Positions 29,891-40,321 are shown, numbered from the stretch's first letter. The stretch is DNA of 53,056 nucleotides from a virus (IMGVR_UViG_3300016478_000076:1-53056); one strand, 5' to 3'. The notes: generated by a model not told the origin, from the letters alone. Numbers and translations are program-made.

Positions 29891-30703
29891 TTGAGATTAT
29901 TAGACTGGATTAAATTTGCTATAAGACATTATAACGATTTTCGTTTTGTAGATAATATATTGAATTCCTCTATATTATATAATAACAGAGAATTGTTAGA
30001 AGAAAATAGATATGATAGTATTACAATACCAAAAAGAGAGGATGTGTATTCTAAATTGGAGAATATACTTAAGACATCGCCATATGACTTTAATAGTAAA
30101 ATAGACAAATATAAAGAGATAGCTATATCAGAAGGATTATTAAAAACTACTAATGATTATCAATTAATCAATTCAGGAGTTAAAGCAGATGATATTATTC
30201 ATTTCAAGAGTAAGAATCTATTAATGATCCTAAATCATTATATCATGTTTGCTAATCCAATGTATGATATCATAGCTATAGAGTTAAAAGAAAAAGAGAT
30301 TGTATTGAAGATGGATAGTCTAATATTCACAGCTCCATTCTTAAAAATTCTAGAAAGTGCTTGTTTAAAGATGACTGATTTTACAGCATCTGTTAGCGTA
30401 GATATGGATTATGCTATAAATAGATTAGTATTTAATGTACGTCTTAACTCTGGTAAGAGAGGTACTTATAAGGCTATCAAATTATTTTTAGCGTGTCTTA
30501 ATAATGCCTTATTAGACGACCTGAGATTCATGAATGATGATTTAGAGATGCGTTCTCTTGTTAAAGAATACTGTAGTATCTTTAAGATAGATATAGAATT
30601 CTTAAAAGAGAAAGAGTATGGTCATAAAGATGATATCTTAGAAATATTAAATAATACTATTAAATTTATTAATAGTATTGATGAATTATTAGTAACTATT
30701 TAG
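29891..30703 (+). CDS. Hypothetical protein (270 aa)
   Basis: TTG start with SD AAGGAGGTG. Confidence 0.75.
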   Translation: MRLLDWIKFAIRHYNDFRFVDNILNSSILYNNRELLEENRYDSITIPKREDVYSKLENILKTSPYDFNSKIDKYKEIAISEGLLKTTNDYQLINSGVKADDIIHFKSKNLLMILNHYIMFANPMYDIIAIELKEKEIVLKMDSLIFTAPFLKILESACLKMTDFTASVSVDMDYAINRLVFNVRLNSGKRGTYKAIKLFLACLNNALLDDLRFMNDDLEMRSLVKEYCSIFKIDIEFLKEKEYGHKDDILEILNNTIKFINSIDELLVTI

Positions 30704-30766
30704 TGTTTTAACTTATTAGTAATATGACTTTCATAGTCAATTAAATTATAAAAGGAGAGATATGTA

Positions 30767-31921
30767 ATGAGATATGAAGGATTTATACTGTACCAGAACC
30801 CTAATGTAAGATTGGTAAATGATGCTTGCAAACTTTGCTATAATGGTAAAGAGGAACCGACACTAGAGAGAAAGCTTAAATATATTGAGAATAAAGTTAA
30901 AGAAGGACATGAGAGTGTTCTAGAGCATAGTAATATAGTTATTCTTATGATAGATAATTTCCCTCAAGCACCAGACGAAGAAGAGATATGGGCTGAATTT
31001 GCAGAAGCTGCTCATTATCTAAATATTAAAACTAAGAAAGCGTCTGATGGAAAACTATATCATCTAATTGGTGGATCTATTAGAGGATATAAGATGCTTA
31101 TCAGAAATATTAATAATCAAGATAATCCTGCGGCTAGAGCTTTACTTCACACTATGCATGATTTACACAAAGAATACTTCTTCGATTTCATTCAAGCTGG
31201 TATTATGCCTTACAATAAGTTTACTGATAGTGAGCTTATTATATCTAGAGAGAATATGCATGACATGGCTCCTAGAGTAAAAGATACTTATACTATAGAG
31301 AATGTAGATAAGTTAGAATTTATTCTATCAGAAGTTAATAATATGATAGGAGAGCCCCTATACAATGCTGATGATATGATGGATATGGTATCTATAACAG
31401 TATTCTTTACTAAAGTATCAAGAATCATTTCTCAGCAGTTTACTAGACATAGAAATGGTATCAGTCAAGAGTCTCAAAGATATGTAGACTCTAGAGGAAT
31501 TGAGTTTATTGAACCTTTACAGTTCAAAGAAGGATTTGATCCAGATAAGATTTATCATACTGAAGCTTATGGAGATGTAACTCTTCAAGAGCTTGGAGAA
31601 AAACTATCTATAGTATATGGTGAACTTAGAGAGCAAGGAATTCATAAAGAAGATGCTAGATATCTATTACCTCAAGGTCTTAGAACTAGATTCTATATGA
31701 CATTCACTATGAGACATTTCATTAGATTCTTAGAGCTTAGAACTGGTTCTCATGCTCAAGCAGAGATAAGACTAATAGCTAGAGAATTATTAGAAGATAT
31801 TGAGACTTGTGATAGAGTTAAGAATGTTCTAGTGACAGAAGAAGGTTCAATAATCTTCTCATATTTAAATCCTAAGTATATGGACCCTGCAGCACAAGAC
31901 ATTGACGAAATAGTAGAATAA
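30767..31921 (+). CDS. thyX: Flavin-dependent thymidylate synthase, enlarged
   Basis: GHESVLEH, RHRNGISQESQRY, EDARYLLP and LR...HAQAEIR signatures. Confidence 0.92.
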   Translation: MRYEGFILYQNPNVRLVNDACKLCYNGKEEPTLERKLKYIENKVKEGHESVLEHSNIVILMIDNFPQAPDEEEIWAEFAEAAHYLNIKTKKASDGKLYHLIGGSIRGYKMLIRNINNQDNPAARALLHTMHDLHKEYFFDFIQAGIMPYNKFTDSELIISRENMHDMAPRVKDTYTIENVDKLEFILSEVNNMIGEPLYNADDMMDMVSITVFFTKVSRIISQQFTRHRNGISQESQRYVDSRGIEFIEPLQFKEGFDPDKIYHTEAYGDVTLQELGEKLSIVYGELREQGIHKEDARYLLPQGLRTRFYMTFTMRHFIRFLELRTGSHAQAEIRLIARELLEDIETCDRVKNVLVTEEGSIIFSYLNPKYMDPAAQDIDEIVE

Positions 31922-31931
31922 ATCAAATATT

Positions 31932-31967
31932 AAACGTAGGCTTAATTGCCTACGTTTTTATTTTTTT
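31932..31967 (+). terminator. Intrinsic terminator
   Basis: AAACGTAGGC-TTAATT-GCCTACGTTT plus T tract. Confidence 0.85.
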
Positions 31968-31984
31968 GTAAATATATTCCAGAT

Positions 31985-32001
31985 ATATATTATAACTATG
32001 A
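31985..32001 (+). promoter_or_regulatory. Early-type promoter
   Basis: ATATATTATAACTATGA. Confidence 0.65.
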
Positions 32002-32032
32002 TGAATACTATAATTTTTAAGGAGGAAATATA

Positions 32033-32779
32033 ATGAGTATATATTCTAAAACGGTAATGGATATGATGGCAAGGGCAAGTATTGTTTTAAGTGATGATAT
32101 TATACTAAATCCTAAGGAAGTTGAAGAAGAAAAAGATATTGAAATGAGAATGAATTCTAATGGTATATATACTGAAGAAGGAGAAGAATCTGTGGATAAT
32201 ATAAAAAAGGTATTAGAGTTAGCAGATAAACAAGAATTAATAGATGATATTAGGGATAATATATGGGCACTTGAAGAAAGAGATATATTTATAAAAGCTG
32301 CTGGATTTGCTCTAATTACAAAGAATTTTATTAAAGCTCTTTCTGAATGGATTGGAGATAGATCAGTATTAGAAATAATGGCTGGTACAGGATATATATC
32401 CAAGTCTTTAAAAGATGAAGGTGTTAATGTAGTAGCTGTTACTGATATAAAAGAATCTTCTTGGGGATTTAAAAAGGAATGGACTGAGGTAGAAAAACTT
32501 AGTGCAAATGATGCTATAATGAAATATAATAATGTAGATATAATAATATGCTCATGGGCTTATATGGATAATAATATGTATGAAGCTTTATTGACTATGA
32601 GAGAATATAATCCAAATGCAATAATATTATATATTGGAGAAGATTATGGTGGATGTACTGCTAATGATAATTTCTTTGAAAATCTAATACCTATTGAAGA
32701 TGATGCTTTTGAAGAAAATGTAATACCTCTATATAGACAATGGGGTGGTATACATGACGAACCTAGATTAGTAAAATAA
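32033..32779 (+). CDS. Class I SAM-dependent methyltransferase-like protein
   Basis: VLEIMAGTGY motif I, IICSW, YIGE..GGCTA.D.F. Confidence 0.75.
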   Translation: MSIYSKTVMDMMARASIVLSDDIILNPKEVEEEKDIEMRMNSNGIYTEEGEESVDNIKKVLELADKQELIDDIRDNIWALEERDIFIKAAGFALITKNFIKALSEWIGDRSVLEIMAGTGYISKSLKDEGVNVVAVTDIKESSWGFKKEWTEVEKLSANDAIMKYNNVDIIICSWAYMDNNMYEALLTMREYNPNAIILYIGEDYGGCTANDNFFENLIPIEDDAFEENVIPLYRQWGGIHDEPRLVK

Positions 32780-32787
32780 ATCTAGAC

Positions 32788-32805
32788 ATATATTATATTT
32801 ATGAA
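32788..32805 (+). promoter_or_regulatory. Early-type promoter
   Basis: ATATATTATATTTATGAA. Confidence 0.6.
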
Positions 32806-32818
32806 AGAGGTGATTATA

Positions 32819-33241
32819 ATGAACTTCGAGATATTCGACCAGTTACAACACAGAATAATGAACAAAAGAAATGGAGATATGTCATTTGAACATGTTATAT
32901 TATTTGAAGAAGTTCCAGCACTATATGCTGATTCTAGATTTGCTGTAGAAAGTGATAACTTCTTTACTGTAGATTCTAGAGAAGCAGATGCTGGAGATGA
33001 TTACTATGCTTCTATCGAGGACCGAGTATGGGTAAACTTTAGTGGAAGGTTTATAGTTCCGAATGAATATAAGCCTAAGTTATTAGAACTATCTGAAGAA
33101 CCTGATGGTAGAATTGGTATATATACATATACTGATGAGCCAGATAAAAGGGAGTATATTGATATTGATTTTCTTGGAGAATCTTCTGAATTTTCTCCAT
33201 TGATAATACCTTTTACATTTGACAATTCTAAGGAGGAATAA
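32819..33241 (+). CDS. Hypothetical early protein
   Basis: SD GAGGTG; SIEDRVWVNFSG motif; C-terminal LIIPFTFDN. Confidence 0.75.
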   Translation: MNFEIFDQLQHRIMNKRNGDMSFEHVILFEEVPALYADSRFAVESDNFFTVDSREADAGDDYYASIEDRVWVNFSGRFIVPNEYKPKLLELSEEPDGRIGIYTYTDEPDKREYIDIDFLGESSEFSPLIIPFTFDNSKEE

Positions 33242-33244
33242 AAA

Positions 33245-33763
33245 ATGGATGTTGTAAAATATGATAATACTTGGTGTGCTGTATTAAAGATTGATAACAG
33301 AGAAGATGCTGGTTCTATGTGCTATAATAGAACATACCATTTATTACCAATAGGCAGAATAACTCCAAATCAACAAAAAAATTTAAAGGATTTATTAGAT
33401 AAGTGTATAAAGGTAGAAGTTTCAGCTACAACAAAACTTCCTTTTATTGAAACTGCTAAGGATTATTATGATATCGAAAGAATTGAAAGTGTTATAATAA
33501 AACCTAAAGCTGAAAATATTAAACTTAGTATCTGTATAGAATGCAAATCTAATACTTATAATTACTGTTTAGAGCATGTTCAGATAGAAGAGATAACTTC
33601 TGATGAACAAGTATTTGATTTTCTAGATGGTAAAGGATATTCTTTTGATGACGAGAATTTAAACAGCGTTCATGCTGAATTTTGGTTTAATGACTTCGCT
33701 GGAAATAGAATATCTATATCAGAATATCGTTCATATACAGATGATGACGAGACTACTAAATAG
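33245..33763 (+). CDS. Hypothetical protein (172 aa)
   Basis: SD AAGGAGG; operon position. Confidence 0.75.
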   Translation: MDVVKYDNTWCAVLKIDNREDAGSMCYNRTYHLLPIGRITPNQQKNLKDLLDKCIKVEVSATTKLPFIETAKDYYDIERIESVIIKPKAENIKLSICIECKSNTYNYCLEHVQIEEITSDEQVFDFLDGKGYSFDDENLNSVHAEFWFNDFAGNRISISEYRSYTDDDETTK

Positions 33764-33798
33764 TAGTCTCAATTTTTATTATTTTAGGAGGCATAATC

Positions 33799-34299
33799 AT
33801 GGACAGAACTGGATTAGATAAAATGAAAGAGTTATATGGTATTAGAGCTGCTGATGATGTAGTAGCTATATTCCAACTATATAAGATTAGAAAAGAAAAA
33901 GGTTGGGACCGAAGAACTTTTGTAAGAGAGTCTAATATAGACATCTGTAATTATGATAATATAGAAAGGAAATTACATTTACCAGACCCAAGATTTAAGA
34001 TATATTTCGACATGATAACTAAAGCTAAAGAGCTTTTAGAATTACATGATCTTGATATACATAGCATTTATGCTCTGGAGATTATAGATAAAACTTTGGA
34101 GCAAAGTGATAAATACAAATATAAATATGAGTTTTTTAAAGAAGCAGGTATTAGTTCATCATACTATACCTCATTCTTTCCAATAGCAAGAACTTCTATA
34201 AGAATAAAAATAAAAAGACTTATAGAATATAAAATACAATATGAAAATAGATATGCAGAATTAGAAAGAAGATCACTTGAAGATTTAGTTTTAATTTAA
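33799..34299 (+). CDS. Hypothetical protein with a possible XRE-like HTH
   Basis: LYKIRKEKGWDRRTFVRESNIDICNYDNIER...P resembles the XRE pattern. Confidence 0.55.
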   Translation: MDRTGLDKMKELYGIRAADDVVAIFQLYKIRKEKGWDRRTFVRESNIDICNYDNIERKLHLPDPRFKIYFDMITKAKELLELHDLDIHSIYALEIIDKTLEQSDKYKYKYEFFKEAGISSSYYTSFFPIARTSIRIKIKRLIEYKIQYENRYAELERRSLEDLVLI

Positions 34300-34311
34300 G
34301 GAGGAATTTAT

Positions 34312-36099
34312 ATGGCAGAAAGAACAGTAAGACCTTTAACTAATGATGAGAAAAGAACAGTAACTAAGCTATGTGAACATTTGAAGATTCCAATAGATTC
34401 AAATGATGATTCAAAAACAGTTTTTAGAATAGCTGTAATATATGAAAGATTTATAAGTACTAAATCTAAGAAAGAACGTGTTAAACAAGATCTATTAGGT
34501 TGTATTTGTAATAGAGATTATATAGCAAATATTTTCGATGCAGCTTTATTAAAGTATACTAATAGCATGGGAAATGCTATGTATTATATACTAAACCATG
34601 ATAAGTTAAAAAATCTAAATAGTATACATGAAGTACCAGCAGCTCTTAAAAAGATACCAACTAGTGTTTTATATAAAAATACTGATACTATTAAAAGCTC
34701 CATATATTCAGCTTATAATAATTTTATTAGCAAAGATAGAAAATGGTTTTCGACTATAGATGAGCGTAATAAGGCTAGAATAAATTTGAATATGTTATAT
34801 GGTGATGATGAGTACCAATTAAGAGTATTTAAATTCAATAATAAATCAAACACAGACAAGGAGCAGATAGATATGTCAGATGATACTGTAAAATATAGTA
34901 GTAATGATATTAATAAAGCTATTAGATATCTTAAGAATATTCATATCTTAAAATCTACTGTAGAAGATATTGACTTCAATGATATCAATGCTGTAAATAA
35001 TATTAAAGCTTATAGAATAAATAACGGACTTAGTCAAGAAAAGTTTGCTAATATTCTAGAAGTATCAAGAAGAATATATTCTGATTTTGAGTCTTTAAAC
35101 TATACTACTATTCGTCAAAATATTAAGATAATTAAAGACTTATACAACGAAGGTACATTAGCTGACTATATACCTTTAACTCCTAGTATAACTTGTCTAA
35201 TAGATCATTGTTGTACTATAGAAGAGTTTAATAGTGCTAAGGCTAAAGAAGAACCTGAAGAAGAAATAAAGGATGTATCTCCAGAAGAGTTTAAAGAGCT
35301 TCTTGAAAAGCATAAGAAAATTAAGAAAGTTCTAGAAGAGAATTTTAAAGAATCTTCTATTGATGATCCTAAAGAGGAGGACCCTATGGATATATTTGGA
35401 TTTGATCCAACTAAATCTTTACAAGGACAACTTAATATACCTTTAGAGCAACCTAATATGCCAAATCACCCAATGTATGGTGGCGTTATACCTAATATTA
35501 TAAAAGATAGTCCTAAAATAAATATTGAAGATGGAAATATCTATAAAAATATAAAGGTAGATGTAACAGAATCTCCAATCGGTGTACCTAATACTATTTC
35601 TAGAGAACCACACACTCCTCATACATCATCAGAGGGTGATATAAAATATTTTACTAGTGATCAAAATGCTAGAAAAGTTCAATATGCTTCATCACAATAT
35701 TCTACTGAAAACAAAGGAGATGTTAATATGGATAATAATAAAGAAATGTACCGTGTAGGATATAGAAATAACGTTAGACAATCATTTAATCCACAGGGAT
35801 TTGCTCCAAGCTATTCAGATAAGATACTTATATCTGAAATAGTTATAGAAAGATTAAAATTAAGCATAAAACAACTAATTGAAAATATGGGATTTTCAAA
35901 ACGTAATACTTTTGTTACACTTGAACTACCAAAAGAATTTATGTTAAAATTAATAGATGAAGTTGTTGTTAAGAAAGATTACAATAGAGCTATTAATACT
36001 ATTGATTTTATAGATACTTATTTTGAGATTCTGATTAGTTCAGAACCATCAAAAGTGTTATCTGCTATAGAGAATCTAGATAGTAGATTCTTATACTAA
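34312..36099 (+). CDS. Multidomain protein with an internal XRE HTH
   Basis: IKAYRINNGLSQEKFANILEVSRRIYSDFE; three internal in-frame SD+ATG sites. Confidence 0.7.
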   Translation: MAERTVRPLTNDEKRTVTKLCEHLKIPIDSNDDSKTVFRIAVIYERFISTKSKKERVKQDLLGCICNRDYIANIFDAALLKYTNSMGNAMYYILNHDKLKNLNSIHEVPAALKKIPTSVLYKNTDTIKSSIYSAYNNFISKDRKWFSTIDERNKARINLNMLYGDDEYQLRVFKFNNKSNTDKEQIDMSDDTVKYSSNDINKAIRYLKNIHILKSTVEDIDFNDINAVNNIKAYRINNGLSQEKFANILEVSRRIYSDFESLNYTTIRQNIKIIKDLYNEGTLADYIPLTPSITCLIDHCCTIEEFNSAKAKEEPEEEIKDVSPEEFKELLEKHKKIKKVLEENFKESSIDDPKEEDPMDIFGFDPTKSLQGQLNIPLEQPNMPNHPMYGGVIPNIIKDSPKINIEDGNIYKNIKVDVTESPIGVPNTISREPHTPHTSSEGDIKYFTSDQNARKVQYASSQYSTENKGDVNMDNNKEMYRVGYRNNVRQSFNPQGFAPSYSDKILISEIVIERLKLSIKQLIENMGFSKRNTFVTLELPKEFMLKLIDEVVVKKDYNRAINTIDFIDTYFEILISSEPSKVLSAIENLDSRFLY

Positions 36100-36107
36100 G
36101 AAATGTT

Positions 36108-36148
36108 AAGAGATATGGACATATAATCCATATCTCTTTTATTTTTTT
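36108..36148 (+). terminator. Intrinsic terminator
   Basis: AAGAGATATGGA-N7-TCCATATCTCTT plus T tract. Confidence 0.85.
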
Positions 36149-36163
36149 GTAATTGTAGCATTT

Positions 36164-36175
36164 AACATCCAATTA
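36164..36175 (+). promoter_or_regulatory. Late-type promoter AACA-N6-TA
   Basis: AACATCCAATTA. Confidence 0.7.
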
Positions 36176-36190
36176 ATGGAGGTGTTGAAA

Positions 36191-36976
36191 ATGCGTGACC
36201 CAATAGTAGATAGTTCAGAAATAATAATTAATACTGATATGCCTGAGATTATCAAGATAGATAATCTTCCCGAGTTTGATCTTCAAGATTATGATTTAGA
36301 TGATGAGAAAGATTTTAAGAAATATATTAAGGCTGTAAAACAAGCCTGTCGAGGGTCTATTGAATATCGTAAGTATATGAAATTCTTAAGAGAAAATGTT
36401 GATATGAATAAGTGTAGTTTCTATGAGAATGTAAATAATCTAGATACATTTGCTATTAAAATAGAAATACATCATGACCCATTTTCTTTAGAAGATATCG
36501 TCAGAATCGTATATAATAAGCGAAGATTCAATAATGAAGATTTAGATGTAGAGATGACTGCTAAGGAGACTATGTACTTACACTATAAACTTCTCGTAGG
36601 ATTAATTCCTTTGGCAGAGACTCCTCATGAGTTAGCTGAGAATGGTTATTTATTTATTCCAGTAGATAAAGTCTTTGGTAATTATAAAGAGTTTGTAAAC
36701 TTATATGAGCCATATATGACCGAATCACAATTATACATTTTTGACAATATATTAGAATACTCTAGAGGCTATAATGAAGCTGAAAATATGGGTGTTCTAG
36801 ATTTAAAATTTGTATATGTAGATATGAGTGGAGTTTATCGTCTACCACCATATGAAGTAATCAAAACATTAATGGAGACCCGAATTCAGGAGATTAAGAC
36901 ACAGTATTCGATTGATACCTCGAACATTAAGATAATCGAACCTGTAGAGCCATTTACATTTTTAAAGAAGGAGTGA
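36191..36976 (+). CDS. HNH-like fold protein, paralog of 46675..47385
   Basis: Y..Y..FL...C...IEIHH...L.DI...H...V..I.L.ETPHEL....LFI; SD GGAGGTG gives ATG at 36191. Confidence 0.6.
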   Translation: MRDPIVDSSEIIINTDMPEIIKIDNLPEFDLQDYDLDDEKDFKKYIKAVKQACRGSIEYRKYMKFLRENVDMNKCSFYENVNNLDTFAIKIEIHHDPFSLEDIVRIVYNKRRFNNEDLDVEMTAKETMYLHYKLLVGLIPLAETPHELAENGYLFIPVDKVFGNYKEFVNLYEPYMTESQLYIFDNILEYSRGYNEAENMGVLDLKFVYVDMSGVYRLPPYEVIKTLMETRIQEIKTQYSIDTSNIKIIEPVEPFTFLKKE

Positions 36977-36982
36977 TTTAAA

Positions 36983-37489
36983 ATGAGTATGAGAGAAACA
37001 CTAAGCACTTTTGAAATACTTAGAGAAGCATCTTCAGTTGAACTTAATAATATCGAATTGGTAGACGAGAACGCTTGTATTGAAGAAGTAAGAGAGTTAC
37101 TAGGTGATATGGATACTATGGATGAACCAGTTCTATACACCGAAGAAATGGTAAATATTACCGCTCCAGATAATGGTACTAATGACCTTTTAGTAGAGTA
37201 TGAATCTCTACATAAGCTCATGGAATATCATCGTGTACATGCAGGTTTCTGTGATGAGAAAATGGCTATAAAGAAACTATCAGAGCACTATAATGTAGAA
37301 GCAGATAGATTCATTGTAGTTATTGAGAGTGAAGAGAATCACATGGAAGTTTTAGATTCTTTGAAATTAAAACTTCAAAAAGAAAGTGATCCTAAGAAGA
37401 GAAATCTTCTAAAAGCTAAAATGGCTACTATTAAGAATAATCTTAATAAGCTTAAAGGAAAAGGTATTAGAACTATTAAAAAAGGTTAG
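36983..37489 (+). CDS. Putative virion protein, acidic with a basic C-terminal tail
   Basis: Late operon; ILRE-A site. Confidence 0.6.
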   Translation: MSMRETLSTFEILREASSVELNNIELVDENACIEEVRELLGDMDTMDEPVLYTEEMVNITAPDNGTNDLLVEYESLHKLMEYHRVHAGFCDEKMAIKKLSEHYNVEADRFIVVIESEENHMEVLDSLKLKLQKESDPKKRNLLKAKMATIKNNLNKLKGKGIRTIKKG

Positions 37490-37522
37490 TTGTATAAATA
37501 TAAACCATATTAACAATTTAGT

Positions 37523-37627
37523 AACCCTAAATAAAAGTAGTTAGTATTGGTATGACTGATCTGTTCAAGACAAATAATCTCCAAAAAAGTATTGACAGTA
37601 CCCTTTGAGGTACTGTCAGCTTTTTTC
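37523..37627 (+). ncRNA. Candidate ~105-nt late sRNA
   Basis: Perfect late promoter AACAATTTAGTA (37512-37523), no SD-led ORF, terminator TGACAGTACC-N5-GGTACTGTCA plus T tract. Confidence 0.45.
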
Positions 37628-37648
37628 TTTTTATAATTTTATTTAGTT

Positions 37649-37666
37649 ATATATTATAATAATGAA
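37649..37666 (+). promoter_or_regulatory. Early-type promoter
   Basis: ATATATTATAATAATGAA. Confidence 0.65.
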
Positions 37667-37703
37667 CGAGTAAGTCAAAACTTACATAAAGGAGGTGTCA
37701 AAT

Positions 37704-38423
37704 ATGTTGACAATGTATGATATTTTTAATAGTGATACAATAAATATATTTACAGATGGTTCTATATATAAGAATCTCAACACAGGAGAAACTATTGGAA
37801 GTACAGGAGCTTTGATAATGCATGGTTCCGATTTCAATACAGCTTATTTAGATAATAGAACTGGGATATTAAGAAATACTACTAATAATGAGACAGAGAT
37901 TGAAAGTGTCTTATTAGGATTAAAATTAGCATCTGATTATATAAGAAGGACTAATATACCATACCATGTTAATCTATTCTCAGATTCTAAAATATGTATC
38001 GTAGGATTAAGAGAATGGATGTTTAACTGGATAAAGTGTACGTATTCTGGAGTATTATATAATTCATCTGGTAGCCCAGTAATGAATCAAGAAACTTTTA
38101 AGTCATGTGTATCGGTGATATTAGAATCTAATATGAATATATCTCTATATCATCAGAAAGGACACGTTGCTAATAGTGATGCTAGTATACAAAATGCTAT
38201 CAAAGTTTTTAAAGAATTAAATGGAGATAGTGTAGATTCTACATTTATAAAAACGGTATCATATTTCAATAACTTTGTAGATATCTTTACAAAGAATGAT
38301 TTAAAGAATAGAATAAATAATAAAGAGTTTGATACATTAGCTAAAGATGTAGTTGCACCATTCATACTAGACCCTGCAGGCATGGATATGAATAAGTATA
38401 AATATTTAATAAGTAAAAAATAA
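37704..38423 (+). CDS. rnhA: Ribonuclease HI
   Basis: IFTDGS, TTNNETE, FSDS, W...W, HQKGH and N..VD motifs. Confidence 0.9.
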   Translation: MLTMYDIFNSDTINIFTDGSIYKNLNTGETIGSTGALIMHGSDFNTAYLDNRTGILRNTTNNETEIESVLLGLKLASDYIRRTNIPYHVNLFSDSKICIVGLREWMFNWIKCTYSGVLYNSSGSPVMNQETFKSCVSVILESNMNISLYHQKGHVANSDASIQNAIKVFKELNGDSVDSTFIKTVSYFNNFVDIFTKNDLKNRINNKEFDTLAKDVVAPFILDPAGMDMNKYKYLISKK

Positions 38424-38434
38424 GGAGTGGTTAA

Positions 38435-38851
38435 ATGAAAATATTGATAAAGAGAGATATGCTTACGAGATATATCGCTAATACCATGGTCTATTTTGTA
38501 AATGATATTGACTATAATTTATTAACGTATGTTACTATAAGAAGTAATCCTATGTTTGACGGAGATGTTCATAATATTGAGTTAATCTATACTAGCCCTA
38601 ATAAACCTATGATTCCTTTAATATGTAATGAGTTAGTCAGAACTGATAAGAAGACTAAGCTAAATAATACTTTTATTACTATTCCGTATACAGATTATAT
38701 TATAGTAAATAGAGTAAAGCTTATCAAATTATGTATTAAGACATTAAAAGGTTTATTGCAAGGTATAGATAATAGCGAATATCATTTAGAGCTATTAGAA
38801 GGATTTAATATTCGCCATCATATAAGAGAAAGAAGAAGGGGGTATTATTAA
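38435..38851 (+). CDS. Hypothetical protein (138 aa)
   Basis: SD AAGGAG; operon position. Confidence 0.7.
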   Translation: MKILIKRDMLTRYIANTMVYFVNDIDYNLLTYVTIRSNPMFDGDVHNIELIYTSPNKPMIPLICNELVRTDKKTKLNNTFITIPYTDYIIVNRVKLIKLCIKTLKGLLQGIDNSEYHLELLEGFNIRHHIRERRRGYY

Positions 38852-39672
38852 TGGATAAGAATATGGATTTGATATTGAAACTAAGAATGCTACTTACTCA
38901 TTATAAGCACAATAGCACTATACCTAAAGTATCATTCTTTGATAACTTTGTAAAAGGATATGCAGATTCAGATAAAGTTATAAGAGATTTATATAATAAT
39001 AATCTTATAAATGATTATGAATTATCTTTACTTAATACTTTAAAGCTTACTACTTTAAAACCATCATGTGGTTCTCCAGATGAAGTAGTATTATATCTAA
39101 AAGATAGAAATATAGTAGCTCTAACTTTAGAGATGTATAATAATTCTAATGGATTAGATGAATTATTATATTATATAAACTCTAATGTTAAACCTAGAAA
39201 GAGATCTGACCTAGAATATAATACCAAATGTCTGCAGATTATACCATATATTAATGTGGTATATAAAGGTGAAACTCTTCTTCTTAAAAAGATTAAGGAT
39301 GGAGATAGAACCAAAGGAAAGTATGATTTCCCTGCTGGGCATTGGAGTGTAACAGATAAGACTATTCAAGATTGTATTAGAAAAGAACTATTTGAAGAGT
39401 TAGGAATAGATCAATATAAAATTAAAAGCTCTATATTCCGTGGGGCAATACCCCTAAGTAATGATATCTTCTCTGTAAGTTATTATCACTTAGGGTTAAT
39501 ATATACTGTCACTTTACATGATGATGCTGAGATATTTAATGCTGAACCTGAGAAACATCAAATATCTTATCTATCTGAATTAACGGTAGAAGATATCTGT
39601 AAATTTGACAATTGGCTAGTATATAGCCTAAATAAAATTAAGGAGGAAGATTATGAAAAATTTGAAGACTAG
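38851..39672 (+). CDS. Nudix hydrolase with N-terminal extension
   Basis: FPAGH......TIQDCIRKELFEELGI Nudix box. Confidence 0.85.
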   Translation: MDKNMDLILKLRMLLTHYKHNSTIPKVSFFDNFVKGYADSDKVIRDLYNNNLINDYELSLLNTLKLTTLKPSCGSPDEVVLYLKDRNIVALTLEMYNNSNGLDELLYYINSNVKPRKRSDLEYNTKCLQIIPYINVVYKGETLLLKKIKDGDRTKGKYDFPAGHWSVTDKTIQDCIRKELFEELGIDQYKIKSSIFRGAIPLSNDIFSVSYYHLGLIYTVTLHDDAEIFNAEPEKHQISYLSELTVEDICKFDNWLVYSLNKIKEEDYEKFED

Positions 39673-40321
39673 TTTTGCCGTAGTACCATTTACTTTTGAC
39701 AACGGGGCTGTACCACAAGAAATTAATGTTATGCACAATGGTGAGCATACTCCATTAAATGATGCATATAATTATGCATACAGGAATAGTGTATTCAATC
39801 TATATGCTGGAAATATTAATGGAGAGGAAGACCTTAATACACTTTGGGGCGATAGACGTATTAGTTGCTCTACTGATGTTTTACGTAATACTTTGGATAA
39901 TCATATAGACTACTTAATACTAGATACTATCAATAGAATGGAATTGACTAAATATCATCCTAGTATTGATATTCCTAGATTAAATTCAAAAGCCACTAGA
40001 ATTAGACATTGCGAAGCGTTTGATGAGGCTATGTATGCTATTTCTGATAGATATAGAGACTCTGACACGTATTCAATTGAGAGAAAAGCTTTCAATCTAT
40101 CTCATGGTGAAAGCTTCCTTGAAGCAGTAGAGATAGTATTAACTAGTAAAATATTTATATTTCTAATGGAAGAAGGATTAAGCTCTCAAGATGCTACTAA
40201 TATCAGTAATACATTTAGAACTGTTATTCACCCTGGATTAGTTGCTATGTTTAATAATGTTGTATCTGTATACAATCCTATTATAACTGGATTTACTATT
40301 AGTTTAGAGGAGGGTAAATAA
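39653..40321 (+). CDS. Hypothetical protein (222 aa)
   Basis: SD AAGGAGG; N-terminal AVVPFTFDN. Confidence 0.75.
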   Translation: MKNLKTSFAVVPFTFDNGAVPQEINVMHNGEHTPLNDAYNYAYRNSVFNLYAGNINGEEDLNTLWGDRRISCSTDVLRNTLDNHIDYLILDTINRMELTKYHPSIDIPRLNSKATRIRHCEAFDEAMYAISDRYRDSDTYSIERKAFNLSHGESFLEAVEIVLTSKIFIFLMEEGLSSQDATNISNTFRTVIHPGLVAMFNNVVSVYNPIITGFTISLEEGK

